From positions 1 through 29,438 of the IMG/VR virus record IMGVR_UViG_3300032218_002577: DNA of 29,438 nucleotides. One strand, written 5' to 3'. The notes under the pieces were generated by a model. It worked only from the letters and a program-made list of their open reading frames with translations. It searched no databases and was not told the origin of the DNA. A program made the position numbers and the translations under genes. Shown piece after piece: positions 8,736 to 17,072 of the stretch (its first letter is position 1; each line of letters opens with the position of its first letter). This stretch comes from a virus (Duplodnaviria; Caudoviricetes).

Positions 8736-10124
8736 ATGGGATGCTTCGGGAAGTGCGGTTGTCCATGTTGCCTCGACGCTCAAGATATGCCCTTTACAAG
8801 CGTTTCGCTCATTGCCCCTACAGATAACTGCGAAGGAGGATTGGGTGGCTCAGGTGGCGATATTGGGGGCGTTGGCATCGGCGGTGGCGGGATAGGCCAG
8901 CAGTATCCATCGGCTAGCTTTTCGCAAGCCAACTGTTGCTTTGTTGCCAACTTTAATTTGGGTTGCCAGGATTACGTTAAAAACTGCGCGGTGTTGGCAA
9001 CGGTTGATATGGACTATGGGCTAAACCTAGATTACTACCGAAACAAGGCCAGCTATATTCAGCCTGGAGGAACGCCAGATTGCCCTTGCGTCAAAGTGCA
9101 AACAAGCAGGATCGACAGTCATGTCAGGTATAAGGCTTGGTGGCTAGAAAGGCACAAGCTTATCGGAATTCAAATACATGTCGGCAAGGTAAACGTGACT
9201 TGCACTGGCGGGGAGCAAGCTTGCAAATTTTACGTTGCGGCTACTTATGTTTTCGAGACTTGCGAATTCATTTTAGGATGGTCTGGAGGGGCGTCTTTTT
9301 ATCCAGAATATACAGTCGATCACACTTGCACGGGCGTCTATCGCAATGGGACTTGCAGCTACACGGGGACGAGCCAGTCGGCTAGCTCAGTAAACAATTG
9401 CAACGACCTAAAAGCAAGCTTCCCGGATCAGTATTGCACAGCTGGCCAACGAAGGTACTTCAGTCGGATCAAGCTGTACGATACTTTGCCTACCGGACAA
9501 ATAACCATCACGAACGCAGATTTGCCCCCAGTGAGTTGCTGCAATGGCGCGACTGGATGCACAGTGACAGGAAGCCCTTGCGGGCTCAATCTCGATTCAA
9601 ACTGCATGCCGAATCTACCGCAGTTTAGCGATTTGCTTTCTTTGGGTTGTCAGGGATACGCAAATGGGCCAGGCGAACCACCATATCCAGACGGATGCAG
9701 TGTTGTTTCGGGATGCCCTGAAGTGTTGACAAAAACAGCCGAACCCGACGGCATTTGCGAGTACTTTGCATTTGATTCAGCCAGCGGGTGCTATGAGCAA
9801 AAGCAACCGATCAACACAGCCCCAAGACCTGGACGCGATAAGCTGGTTTGCGGCTATTGCGACACTGAAAACGGGCGTACTTACTACGAATATCCTTTCG
9901 AAGAGATTTGCAACGCTGGAAACTTTTTGTGCTTAACGGGTGAATGCTGCTTGTCGCTAGAGGATCGTAACGTGCAGTTTTTGTGCAAAGAGTTTAGCGA
10001 TCCAGATAACTCATTTTGTCGAGTAGACATTTCAAACTATTCTTGCTCAATAGGATCGGTCCAGCATTACACTGCTGGGGCTTTTTGTTACGCACTTCCA
10101 ACAGTGACGATTCAGCTATCATGA
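8736..10124 (+). CDS. Cysteine-rich protein at tail fibre/tip position
   Basis: 462 aa, about 39 Cys by hand count; N-terminal GCFGKCGCPCC and a Gly-rich linker; GGAGG RBS; no signal peptide. Confidence 0.75.
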   Translation: MGCFGKCGCPCCLDAQDMPFTSVSLIAPTDNCEGGLGGSGGDIGGVGIGGGGIGQQYPSASFSQANCCFVANFNLGCQDYVKNCAVLATVDMDYGLNLDYYRNKASYIQPGGTPDCPCVKVQTSRIDSHVRYKAWWLERHKLIGIQIHVGKVNVTCTGGEQACKFYVAATYVFETCEFILGWSGGASFYPEYTVDHTCTGVYRNGTCSYTGTSQSASSVNNCNDLKASFPDQYCTAGQRRYFSRIKLYDTLPTGQITITNADLPPVSCCNGATGCTVTGSPCGLNLDSNCMPNLPQFSDLLSLGCQGYANGPGEPPYPDGCSVVSGCPEVLTKTAEPDGICEYFAFDSASGCYEQKQPINTAPRPGRDKLVCGYCDTENGRTYYEYPFEEICNAGNFLCLTGECCLSLEDRNVQFLCKEFSDPDNSFCRVDISNYSCSIGSVQHYTAGAFCYALPTVTIQLS

Positions 10125-10510
10125 CAGAGCGAACAGTCCCAGTATTTAAACCGGATGGATCGCACAAAGGCGAGTCGATTACGCGAATGCTGTCGTTTTC
10201 AATTATTCAGCTAGTCAATCCTTGGATTGCATTGCATAACGGCTCTATACGCGATGCCATCGGGCTTGCAAACTGGGAATTGACGATTCCCCAATACGAA
10301 TGCAATTGTCGGAGATTCTACGCCGATTGGAAAGCGGCCAACCCCCCTGACTTCACCTTAGCCGAAGCATTCTTCGCATGGGGTGTAGCATTGCACAACG
10401 CGGTGAACGCGAAGCTTGGCAAACCCGAGATCACGATTGAAGAAGCCTATTCCATTTGGAGAAAAACCGATGGCTTGGACGAGCAGGAAAATATCGCGGA
10501 ACGTAGTTGA
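10121..10510 (+). CDS. Erv1/ALR-like FAD-dependent sulfhydryl oxidase (CxC variant)
   Basis: WIALH ... IPQYECNCRRFY ... WGVALHNAVNAKLGKP ... EEAYSIW matches the Erv/ALR W-x-x-L-H and W-x(3-4)-H-N-x-V-N-x-x-L-G-K signatures; ATGA overlap with the Cys-rich gene. Confidence 0.8.
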   Translation: MTERTVPVFKPDGSHKGESITRMLSFSIIQLVNPWIALHNGSIRDAIGLANWELTIPQYECNCRRFYADWKAANPPDFTLAEAFFAWGVALHNAVNAKLGKPEITIEEAYSIWRKTDGLDEQENIAERS

Positions 10511-11363
10511 AATATCCATCGACCTAGTACGCAAAAAGGACTGGGAGCAATGGGTATTGCTTCGGTCGGACGTCCACCATGATAACCCCAAATGCGATCA
10601 AGACCTCGAAAAGCAGCATCTTGATGAGGCTCTTGAGTACGACGCTCCAATCATCGACAACGGCGACCTTTTTTGCGCGATGCAAGGCAAGTGGGACAAG
10701 CGAGCCGACAAGAACGCACTGAGGGAGGAGCATCGAGGATCGAACTACTTCGACCTGCTAGTCGAGACGGCTGCTAATTTCTACCGCCCCTACGGCTCAC
10801 ACTTCGCGGTGCTAGGAAAAGGCAATCACGAGACAGCGGTTACAAGCAGGCACGAGACTGATTTGACCGACCGGCTAGCGTCTAGGATGAGGGCCCACGG
10901 ATCTAATGTTGAAGCAAGTGGCTATGGTGGTTTCGTCATGTTTCGATTTTGCGACCTTGCGTTGAAGGGCAAGAACACAAGCCAACCGAACGCGGTTAAG
11001 GATTCCAAGACGCTCTATCACTTCCACGGGACCGGCGGTGGCGGGCCAGTGACGCGGGGAACGATCCAGACTAATCGAATCTCGGTTTGGTGCCCGGATG
11101 CGGACATCGTGCTAACCGGCCACACGCACGACGAATGGAGCGTGACAATCCCGCGAATGAGGCTCAGTAACCAAGGGGAGATTTGGCAGGATGAACAATT
11201 GCATGTTCGAGCTCCGGGCTACAAAGACGCCTGGGGGGATTCTCACGCAGGGTGGGAAGTGGAGAAAATGCTAGGGCCAAAAGCAATCGGCTCGGCGTGG
11301 TTGCGCTTTTGGTGGGACTGGAGAACGGAACGGGTGAGGATCGATACCGTGAGGGCAAAATAG
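10470..11363 (+). CDS. Calcineurin-like metallophosphoesterase
   Basis: All five motifs present: SDVH, NGDLF, GNHE, FHG, GHTH. Confidence 0.9.
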   Translation: MAWTSRKISRNVVEISIDLVRKKDWEQWVLLRSDVHHDNPKCDQDLEKQHLDEALEYDAPIIDNGDLFCAMQGKWDKRADKNALREEHRGSNYFDLLVETAANFYRPYGSHFAVLGKGNHETAVTSRHETDLTDRLASRMRAHGSNVEASGYGGFVMFRFCDLALKGKNTSQPNAVKDSKTLYHFHGTGGGGPVTRGTIQTNRISVWCPDADIVLTGHTHDEWSVTIPRMRLSNQGEIWQDEQLHVRAPGYKDAWGDSHAGWEVEKMLGPKAIGSAWLRFWWDWRTERVRIDTVRAK

Positions 11364-11659
11364 TGGACCTATTCGCCAAGCTACGCGATTCGCTGAAAGC
11401 GAAACACCCCACTATTTCGGTATCGGTCAGGCGATGCAAGATGCCCGAAAGCCTGCTTGGCGACTGCCTTCGGATGGATGGCTATTTCAGAATTCGGATC
11501 GACGCGAGCCGACCGGAGCAAGTCCAGTTAGACGCACTGGTTCACGAGTTCGCCCATGCAATCGCCTATTTGGAGTGGGAAAACACTGGGCAGCATGGGC
11601 CGCAGTGGGCTCAAGCTCACCTGGATTGCTACCGGATCTACGAGCAATCCGTGACCTAG
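11363..11659 (+). CDS. Small zincin-like HExxH protein (SprT/ImmA-like)
   Basis: DALVHEFAHAIA followed by HGPQW; GTG start overlaps the upstream TAG. Confidence 0.75.
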   Translation: MDLFAKLRDSLKAKHPTISVSVRRCKMPESLLGDCLRMDGYFRIRIDASRPEQVQLDALVHEFAHAIAYLEWENTGQHGPQWAQAHLDCYRIYEQSVT

Positions 11660-11748
11660 CCAAAAAAACCACAATCTTTTTTCCCTGCGTTTTCATTGGC
11701 GAAACGCATGTTTTGGGAAAAACTTCGATATCTTTATCGGTAAACCTG

Positions 11749-11777
11749 TTGACCTTTGTTTGGCCGGTCGATAATAT
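11749..11777 (+). promoter_or_regulatory. Sigma70-like early promoter
   Basis: TTGACC-17 nt-TAATAT in the AT-rich gap between late and early modules. Confidence 0.6.
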
Positions 11778-11834
11778 ACACACGTCGGAAGCAAATGAGA
11801 CGACCGACGAGAACCTAACCGGAGACGATGACAG

Positions 11835-12062
11835 ATGAAGACCAAGACTCACGAAGAAGCAATCGAAAGCCATGTTGACTCAAACGTATTGATCGCAATC
11901 GACCAATCGGAGTCTTACGGCGGGCTTCGCGGGGCATTCGATGCCTTTCGCCAAAACACAATCGATTCGTGTATTGAGGACGGATATGACGCAGACGAAG
12001 CACTCGACGCGGGAAGTTTGTTTTGTGCAAAGTTCAACGAGGCTGCCGGCACGGAATTTTGA
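11835..12062 (+). CDS. Small acidic early protein
   Basis: GGAG RBS; first ORF after promoter. Confidence 0.7.
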   Translation: MKTKTHEEAIESHVDSNVLIAIDQSESYGGLRGAFDAFRQNTIDSCIEDGYDADEALDAGSLFCAKFNEAAGTEF

Positions 12063-12107
12063 TTGATGAGCCGGGAACGGCGAAACCCTTCGGGGTCTGG
12101 GTTTACT

Positions 12108-12469
12108 AACACTTTTTCGGAGGATGAACGATGGATGCGACAGCACAAAAAACAACAGTTGGAACCAAGGTTTGCACGGTCGGACGGCATGGGGCAAAGT
12201 GCGCCAGCCATTCGGCGATCTACACGGGTAAAATCTACGAGTCGGCAACACGCAAGGACGGAACGCTTGTCTGGTTGCTTAGTGGCACGTTTGGCGGAAC
12301 TCGAACTGGCAAGGCTGGTCCTAGTGGCAAATTCGTCGCGGAACTCAAGGCGGCGGCTCAGTACGCCTGGGTTGACGGGATCAAGCAGAATCAGGTTTGC
12401 GAGTAGCCCCCAAGCCCCCACGCCGGGATGGGCTCCGGCTCAACACTTTTTTGGAGATGATGAACGATG
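12108..12469 (+). repeat. Repeated start-associated leader (copies at 12108-12133 and 12442-12469)
   Basis: AACACTTTTTCGGAGGATGAACGATG vs AACACTTTTTTGGAGATGATGAACGATG, each ending in a start codon. Confidence 0.75.
12131..12406 (+). CDS. Hypothetical early protein
   Basis: GGAGG RBS within repeated leader; 91 aa. Confidence 0.7.
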   Translation: MDATAQKTTVGTKVCTVGRHGAKCASHSAIYTGKIYESATRKDGTLVWLLSGTFGGTRTGKAGPSGKFVAELKAAAQYAWVDGIKQNQVCE

Positions 12470-12760
12470 AACAACACGCAAAGCCAACAGATGACCAAGC
12501 AAGCTATTGAGACAGTCCGGGCGTTTATGAGCAACAAGATTGCCCGATGCTACTTCACACATAACCACGATGAGGACACCGAAGGCCGGATTACTTGCTA
12601 CTTTTCCGGGACGCTCGAAACGGGACCGTTTGGATTTTGGGTCCAGTTTGGTGGCGAGGTTGTCGCTGATAGCACTGTTGGCAATGGCGAGTTGCCGAGC
12701 TTCAAGATTGTCGAGCCATGCCAACGGGCAGCGGCAAGCTACCTCAACTACAACAGCTAA
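12467..12760 (+). CDS. Hypothetical early protein
   Basis: GGAG RBS within repeated leader; 97 aa. Confidence 0.7.
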   Translation: MNNTQSQQMTKQAIETVRAFMSNKIARCYFTHNHDEDTEGRITCYFSGTLETGPFGFWVQFGGEVVADSTVGNGELPSFKIVEPCQRAAASYLNYNS

Positions 12761-12788
12761 CCAGCCGATTCGGCGATAGGAAATCACG

Positions 12789-13031
12789 ATGGCAATCTAC
12801 AACCCCAAGACAGACGTCGAGCTACTCGGCGACATCCGGACTACAGCTAGGGCGATCCGCGATGCGAACGACTCTTTGCCTACGCTGGATTTGATCGAGC
12901 TTCATCAGATCCAGCGACTGGAGAGCCTAGGAAACGCACTGGCGATCTACTGCAAGCTCCTCGGCGACCGGCTTGACGCTCGGCCAAGTGCGGCGGTAGT
13001 GCATCTGAGGGCTAGCCTGGAGGGCGAATAA
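12789..13031 (+). CDS. Hypothetical helical protein
   Basis: AGGA RBS; TAATG coupling to next gene. Confidence 0.65.
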   Translation: MAIYNPKTDVELLGDIRTTARAIRDANDSLPTLDLIELHQIQRLESLGNALAIYCKLLGDRLDARPSAAVVHLRASLEGE

Positions 13032-13270
13032 TGGATCGCAACATTGGACGAGGGAAGGGGTGCTATCGAGTGCTCGACAGATGGGGACAGGTTGTTTATC
13101 AGGGGAACCTCATTGACTATGCGATTAGGGCGGCGGAAGAAGGCTTTGCACTGCCTTACATCGAGTCAAAGCGTGGGCGCCGACCGGTTGTAGATGGCGA
13201 AGTCGGCAGATTCGGAGAAACGCTAGACTCGCTCAAGGAACGCATCTACGGGCCAGCGGTGGCTAGGTGA
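13031..13270 (+). CDS. Hypothetical protein
   Basis: GGAGG RBS; coupled at both ends. Confidence 0.65.
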   Translation: MDRNIGRGKGCYRVLDRWGQVVYQGNLIDYAIRAAEEGFALPYIESKRGRRPVVDGEVGRFGETLDSLKERIYGPAVAR

Positions 13271-13464
13271 CGCCTGAGGATCGGGCGATTACCGAATGGT
13301 ACATCGAGAGACTAGGCATCAAAATCTACGACGCATCGCTGGAGGAAAACGAAGCGAAGCGGCAAGCATATCACGAAACAAAACGGGTCTTCGGTAGCGT
13401 TACCGAAGCGATAAAGCGAGAGTATTCGAAAGCGATTGGGAGTAATCATGGCAGGCAAAATTGA
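13267..13464 (+). CDS. Hypothetical protein
   Basis: GTGA overlap; YIERLGIKIYD...EAKRQA. Confidence 0.6.
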   Translation: MTPEDRAITEWYIERLGIKIYDASLEENEAKRQAYHETKRVFGSVTEAIKREYSKAIGSNHGRQN

Positions 13465-13864
13465 TGGCGTACCGGACGGCTGGGAGTTGGTGCACGCGAA
13501 CAGGTACGTGCAGAAAGGCGAGTATTATATTTTTCGCGATGGAGGAGTTGTCCGCTGGGCTGAGGAGTTTGAATCCACATCTGTCTACCCTATCATTCGC
13601 AAGATCGAAAAGCCCGCGAAGTATCGACCGTTTGGGAATGCGGAAGAATTTAAGCCGCATCGGGACAGGTGGGCAAGAGTCATCAAAGAGGACAATAATA
13701 GCGGTTGCGACCTAGAAGAATGGCTTGGCGACAGCCTGAAATTTCAGGCGCATAGCGAAAATGACGCGTGTGCTCCAGGTGGATGGCTAGCTTACGATCA
13801 GGCTTTCGAATGCTTTGTGTTTGATGACGACGGAACCCCCTTCGGAGTGCGAATCGATGAGTAA
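13448..13864 (+). CDS. Hypothetical protein
   Basis: GGGAG RBS; KYRPF.NAEEF and F.DGTPFG motifs familiar from phage hypotheticals. Confidence 0.7.
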   Translation: MAGKIDGVPDGWELVHANRYVQKGEYYIFRDGGVVRWAEEFESTSVYPIIRKIEKPAKYRPFGNAEEFKPHRDRWARVIKEDNNSGCDLEEWLGDSLKFQAHSENDACAPGGWLAYDQAFECFVFDDDGTPFGVRIDE

Positions 13865-14111
13865 TACCGTCAACGTCAACACAACCCAGCCTGCCCCTTG
13901 GGTGGCATTGGCACGCAAGGCGGCATCTGTCGAGGGCGTCGAGTGGTCCGCTTTCATCGGGCACGCAATGGTGGATCGGGCAATTGCGGTGCTCGGAATG
14001 AATCACGCCGAGACATGGTCTTCGCTACCCAGTCGCGGTAGAGGCAGGCCGGTTTACGATGTCGCAAAGGCTCCAATGGCTAAACGAAAGCGAGGGCGGA
14101 AGAATGCGTGA
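13857..14111 (+). CDS. Putative ribbon-helix-helix DNA-binding protein with RGRP (AT-hook-like) basic tail
   Basis: NVNTTQP.PW..LARKAA..EG..WSAFI; RGRGRP; KRKRGRK. Confidence 0.55.
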   Translation: MSNTVNVNTTQPAPWVALARKAASVEGVEWSAFIGHAMVDRAIAVLGMNHAETWSSLPSRGRGRPVYDVAKAPMAKRKRGRKNA

Positions 14112-14457
14112 GTTTCACCTACTAGCCATTGTCAAGCGGCTCAACGGCGATCCCGATTCGATTACGAGGATCGCGCGTGCCTGGCACGAAAAAGACGCGG
14201 AGCATGACGGCGAAACAATCGGTTATTGGTATAGGCTTTTCGCCTACAACAACCCCATCAATTCGATGCTCGACGTATTTTTCGTAGGGCTTAACGACGA
14301 TCCAGGAATACGGGCAGCAGCGGTACTGGCCGAAAGGCTTGAGGGCGGACTCAATCAAGGCAAGCAGCGATGGAAGGCTCATTGCGGGCCAATCGATGAG
14401 GATGACGCGGTACAGATCAGGATCGAGTTGGAAGTTTTAACCTTTTTGGAGGATTGA
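14104..14457 (+). CDS. Hypothetical protein
   Basis: Overlapping start in a tightly packed operon. Confidence 0.6.
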   Translation: MREFHLLAIVKRLNGDPDSITRIARAWHEKDAEHDGETIGYWYRLFAYNNPINSMLDVFFVGLNDDPGIRAAAVLAERLEGGLNQGKQRWKAHCGPIDEDDAVQIRIELEVLTFLED

Positions 14458-14460
14458 AAG

Positions 14461-14679
14461 ATGGAGATTAAACTTGTCACCCTGATGAGATGGCGACGTG
14501 AGAGTCTAGAGCGGGTGGTCGCAAGCTTGAGCCACAATCGCGATACGCTAGCGGAAATGCCAGACGATGCCGACGTAAGGCGACTACGCGAAAAGGCGAC
14601 GATCTGCCTGCTCAAGGTGCAGGAGTTGCGGGCGGAGATGGAGGAATTGATCGAAAACCTGGAGGCGAACCATGAATAA
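14461..14679 (+). CDS. Small coiled-coil protein
   Basis: GGAGG RBS; heptad-like C-terminus. Confidence 0.65.
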   Translation: MEIKLVTLMRWRRESLERVVASLSHNRDTLAEMPDDADVRRLREKATICLLKVQELRAEMEELIENLEANHE

Positions 14680-15094
14680 ATTTGAAGCGTTGAAAGAGTT
14701 TCAAGGCTGGCCCGCTGATTGGCAGCGGTTGTGCGCGGAATACTGGATCGAGATGGGCGATGTTGATCCTAGGTTTGTTTTGGCGTTTCCGAAACAAGCT
14801 GAAAAAACCCCCCTTGAGTCAGTGTCTCCGCTTTGGATACTCGATCAGCCTAAGGCGGAGAAGGTGGCGGAGAAGGTGGCAGCAAAGACATCGCTTATCT
14901 TTACCCATAACAGGCTGTCAGTAGAGCAATTAGAAAAAGATGCTCTTGATAGCCTGATCTATCAGCAGTTAAGCAACACAGCGATTGCGAAGGCGATGGA
15001 GAGTCGATGGCCTTTTCGCAGAACCAAAAAAGCGTGGGAGCAACTGGCTCGTGAACGAAGAAAGCTTAATAGCGGAAAAGGCGGTGCAAAATAA
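14672..15094 (+). CDS. Hypothetical protein
   Basis: GGAGG RBS; contains a 12-bp tandem duplication (AEKV x2) at 14855-14878. Confidence 0.65.
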   Translation: MNKFEALKEFQGWPADWQRLCAEYWIEMGDVDPRFVLAFPKQAEKTPLESVSPLWILDQPKAEKVAEKVAAKTSLIFTHNRLSVEQLEKDALDSLIYQQLSNTAIAKAMESRWPFRRTKKAWEQLARERRKLNSGKGGAK

Positions 15095-15180
15095 TGGAAA
15101 CCCTACTTTTTCTAGCCGGTCTCATTCTTGGTTGCTCGTTCGGATGCGGCCTAACTTTATGGGGGCTCATGCATGATTGA
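15094..15180 (+). CDS. 28-aa hydrophobic peptide (not in ORF track)
   Basis: METLLFLAGLILGCSFGCGLTLWGLMHD; TAATG coupling to upstream gene. Confidence 0.5.
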   Translation: METLLFLAGLILGCSFGCGLTLWGLMHD

Positions 15181-15268
15181 CGCAGCTGAAGTCTGCCGAG
15201 CATTGTTTGCCGGTGGTTGTGTTGCGATTTTACTTACTATTTTTTCAGAGGTGATTTATGGAGAGTGA
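15173..15268 (+). CDS. 31-aa hydrophobic peptide (not in ORF track)
   Basis: MIDAAEVCRALFAGGCVAILLTIFSEVIYGE; overlaps both neighbours and fills the gap exactly. Confidence 0.45.
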   Translation: MIDAAEVCRALFAGGCVAILLTIFSEVIYGE

Positions 15269-16091
15269 CTATTACGCAATCAAAGCCATCTCGCATTCGA
15301 TGCTAAGCTGTCTGGCCCAAAATCCGATGGAATGCAAAATGCGATACGTTGACGATCCGACGACGCTACCGCCGAAAGACTCGGCAGCGTTTGCTATGGG
15401 CCATGCGGTTCATTGCTTGGCGTTTGAGCCAGGCAAGTTTGATGAACGGTTTGCGGTTGCTCCAAAGATTGATCGGCGAACTAAAGAGGGAAAACTGCAA
15501 GCTTTGCTTCTCGAACGCGACAACCAAGGAAAGACAGTATTGACAGTCGAAGACTACGCCGACGCAGTAGCTTGCGTCCAGGCACTAAATAACCATGCTG
15601 ACTTCGCAACGATCATGCAGCAACCTAAGCGGGTTGAAGTGCCTTTCGAGTTCGATCTATTCGGGCATCGCTTCAAGGCCAAGCCAGATTGTATTGTGGA
15701 CTCGATGCGGTTGATCCTCGACATAAAAACAACCGACGACGCAAGCCCTCACAGGTGGCAATGGTCGGCGGTGGACTATGGCTACCATCGGCAGGCTTTT
15801 ATTTATCAAGGGGCGGTAGAGCTTTCGCACGCCAACAAAAAGCGCGTCGATGAAAGCTATCGATTTATCTTTGCCGTTGTCGAAAAGCCAAAGCCGTCAA
15901 CCAGAGGCATACCGCCAACGGTGGCCTTGTACGAGCTTGACGCTGACACGATGCGAATGGGGGCTGAGGATACTTTTGCACTCGTCCAAGAGTATGAGCG
16001 ACGGATAGAACAAAACGATTGGCAACAACCTTACAGCAGCGGGATTGTCCCGTTGCGGTTGCCGAGGCGAAGGGTTTACGAGGGAGAATAA
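15258..16091 (+). CDS. PD-(D/E)XK exonuclease (RecE / exonuclease VIII, DUF3799-like)
   Basis: ISHSML, MGHAVHCLAFEP, KAKPD, ILDIKTT, YGYHRQAFIY, FIFAVVEK. Confidence 0.9.
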   Translation: MESDYYAIKAISHSMLSCLAQNPMECKMRYVDDPTTLPPKDSAAFAMGHAVHCLAFEPGKFDERFAVAPKIDRRTKEGKLQALLLERDNQGKTVLTVEDYADAVACVQALNNHADFATIMQQPKRVEVPFEFDLFGHRFKAKPDCIVDSMRLILDIKTTDDASPHRWQWSAVDYGYHRQAFIYQGAVELSHANKKRVDESYRFIFAVVEKPKPSTRGIPPTVALYELDADTMRMGAEDTFALVQEYERRIEQNDWQQPYSSGIVPLRLPRRRVYEGE

Positions 16092-16094
16092 GCG

Positions 16095-16793
16095 ATGACA
16101 AAAACAACGACAGATCAACCAGCGGCGGCGGTAGTTCAACCGCCAAGCGAACAGGCCAACACAGGGCTCATTGCGGCTCAACAGCAAGTGATTGAAGTGG
16201 GTTTCGGGAATTCCGAGTCCTACGCACTAGCCAAGCGGGTCGGAACGATGTACTCGGAAAGTACGATTGTGCCAGAGACGTACCGAAAGAACATTGCTAA
16301 TTGCATGATCGCGGTGGAGATTGCAAACCGGGTCGGGATGCCCGTCATTATGGTGATGCAAAATCTCCATATCGTTATGGGCAGACCTAGCTGGTCCAGT
16401 CCATTCCTGATTGCGATGACCAACAATTCCAGGCGGTTCACTCCTCTTCGGTTTGAGTGGATCGGGGAAGAAGGAAAGGATTCCTTTGGTTGCCAGTGCT
16501 ACGCTAAGGACAAGGAGAGCGGGGAGGTTTTGACAGGTTCTCCGGTTACGATCGCGATGGCGAAGGCCGAAGGATGGTACGGCAAGAACGGATCAAAATG
16601 GCCGACGATGCCAAAGCAAATGTTAATGTACAGATCGGCGGCTTTCTTTGTTCGGATCTACGCTCCGGATTTGTCGGTAGGCTTGCATACTGTCGAGGAG
16701 CAAGGGGATATCATCGACGTTGAATCCAGGCCCTTAAACCGCGTTGCACTTGGACGCAACGAACTGCCGGCCATAGAGGGTCCAGCAGACTAG
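16095..16793 (+). CDS. RecT-like single-strand annealing protein
   Basis: VPETYR.N.ANC.IA...VMQNLHIVMGRPSWSS...AKAEGW..K..SKW.TMP.QML.YR.AAFF.R; adjacent to the exonuclease. Confidence 0.8.
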   Translation: MTKTTTDQPAAAVVQPPSEQANTGLIAAQQQVIEVGFGNSESYALAKRVGTMYSESTIVPETYRKNIANCMIAVEIANRVGMPVIMVMQNLHIVMGRPSWSSPFLIAMTNNSRRFTPLRFEWIGEEGKDSFGCQCYAKDKESGEVLTGSPVTIAMAKAEGWYGKNGSKWPTMPKQMLMYRSAAFFVRIYAPDLSVGLHTVEEQGDIIDVESRPLNRVALGRNELPAIEGPAD

Positions 16794-16853
16794 CAAACCA
16801 TCGAGCTAGCGGGCCGTTTCCATTTTCACTACGGAGTACTCGCTAGCTTGATT

Positions 16854-16942
16854 GCCCCGGAAGTTATTGCGGCGGAACACGCCATTACGCGCCTCTTGGG
16901 GTGAGCGAGTGTCGGGCGATGGTTCGAATCCATCTCGGGGCT
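16854..16942 (+). ncRNA. tRNA-like element with non-canonical anticodon arm
   Basis: Acceptor stem GCCCCGG/TCGGGGC, perfect T-arm GATGG-TTCGAAT-CCATC, 3-bp D stem GTT/AAC; no canonical 5-bp/7-nt anticodon arm and no encoded CCA. Confidence 0.5.
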
Positions 16943-17016
16943 TTTGCTGGTGCCGTCCAGCGGCCAAAGCGGAAACGTGAAGGCACAAAAAGCGGAGACA
17001 GCCGGAAAGACGGCAA

Positions 17017-17072
17017 GGATCGGCATTGAGCGAGCCTAGCGGCTTTGGCGGGTTTAAGTCCTGCCCGATCCT
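17017..17072 (+). ncRNA. Minimal tRNA-like element (acceptor stem + T-arm + one short hairpin)
   Basis: GGATCGG/CCGATCC stem abutting GCGGG-TTTAAGT-CCTGC; internal AGCC-tagc-GGCT hairpin. Confidence 0.4.

Noticed and set aside
10016-10120. Longer start for the Erv-like ORF
   Set aside because: Overlaps the Cys-rich gene by over 100 nt; ATG 10121 gives a standard ATGA coupling.
1-11659. Stop-codon reassignment (several TAG stops)
   Set aside because: Genes are full length and tightly packed under the standard code, with stops coinciding with next-gene starts.
14855-14880. 12-bp tandem repeat GCGGAGAAGGTG
   Set aside because: Simple in-frame duplication in a low-complexity linker.
16854-16942. 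Canonical tRNA gene or attP site
   Set aside because: No assignable anticodon arm, and no integrase in the window; kept only as tRNA-like.
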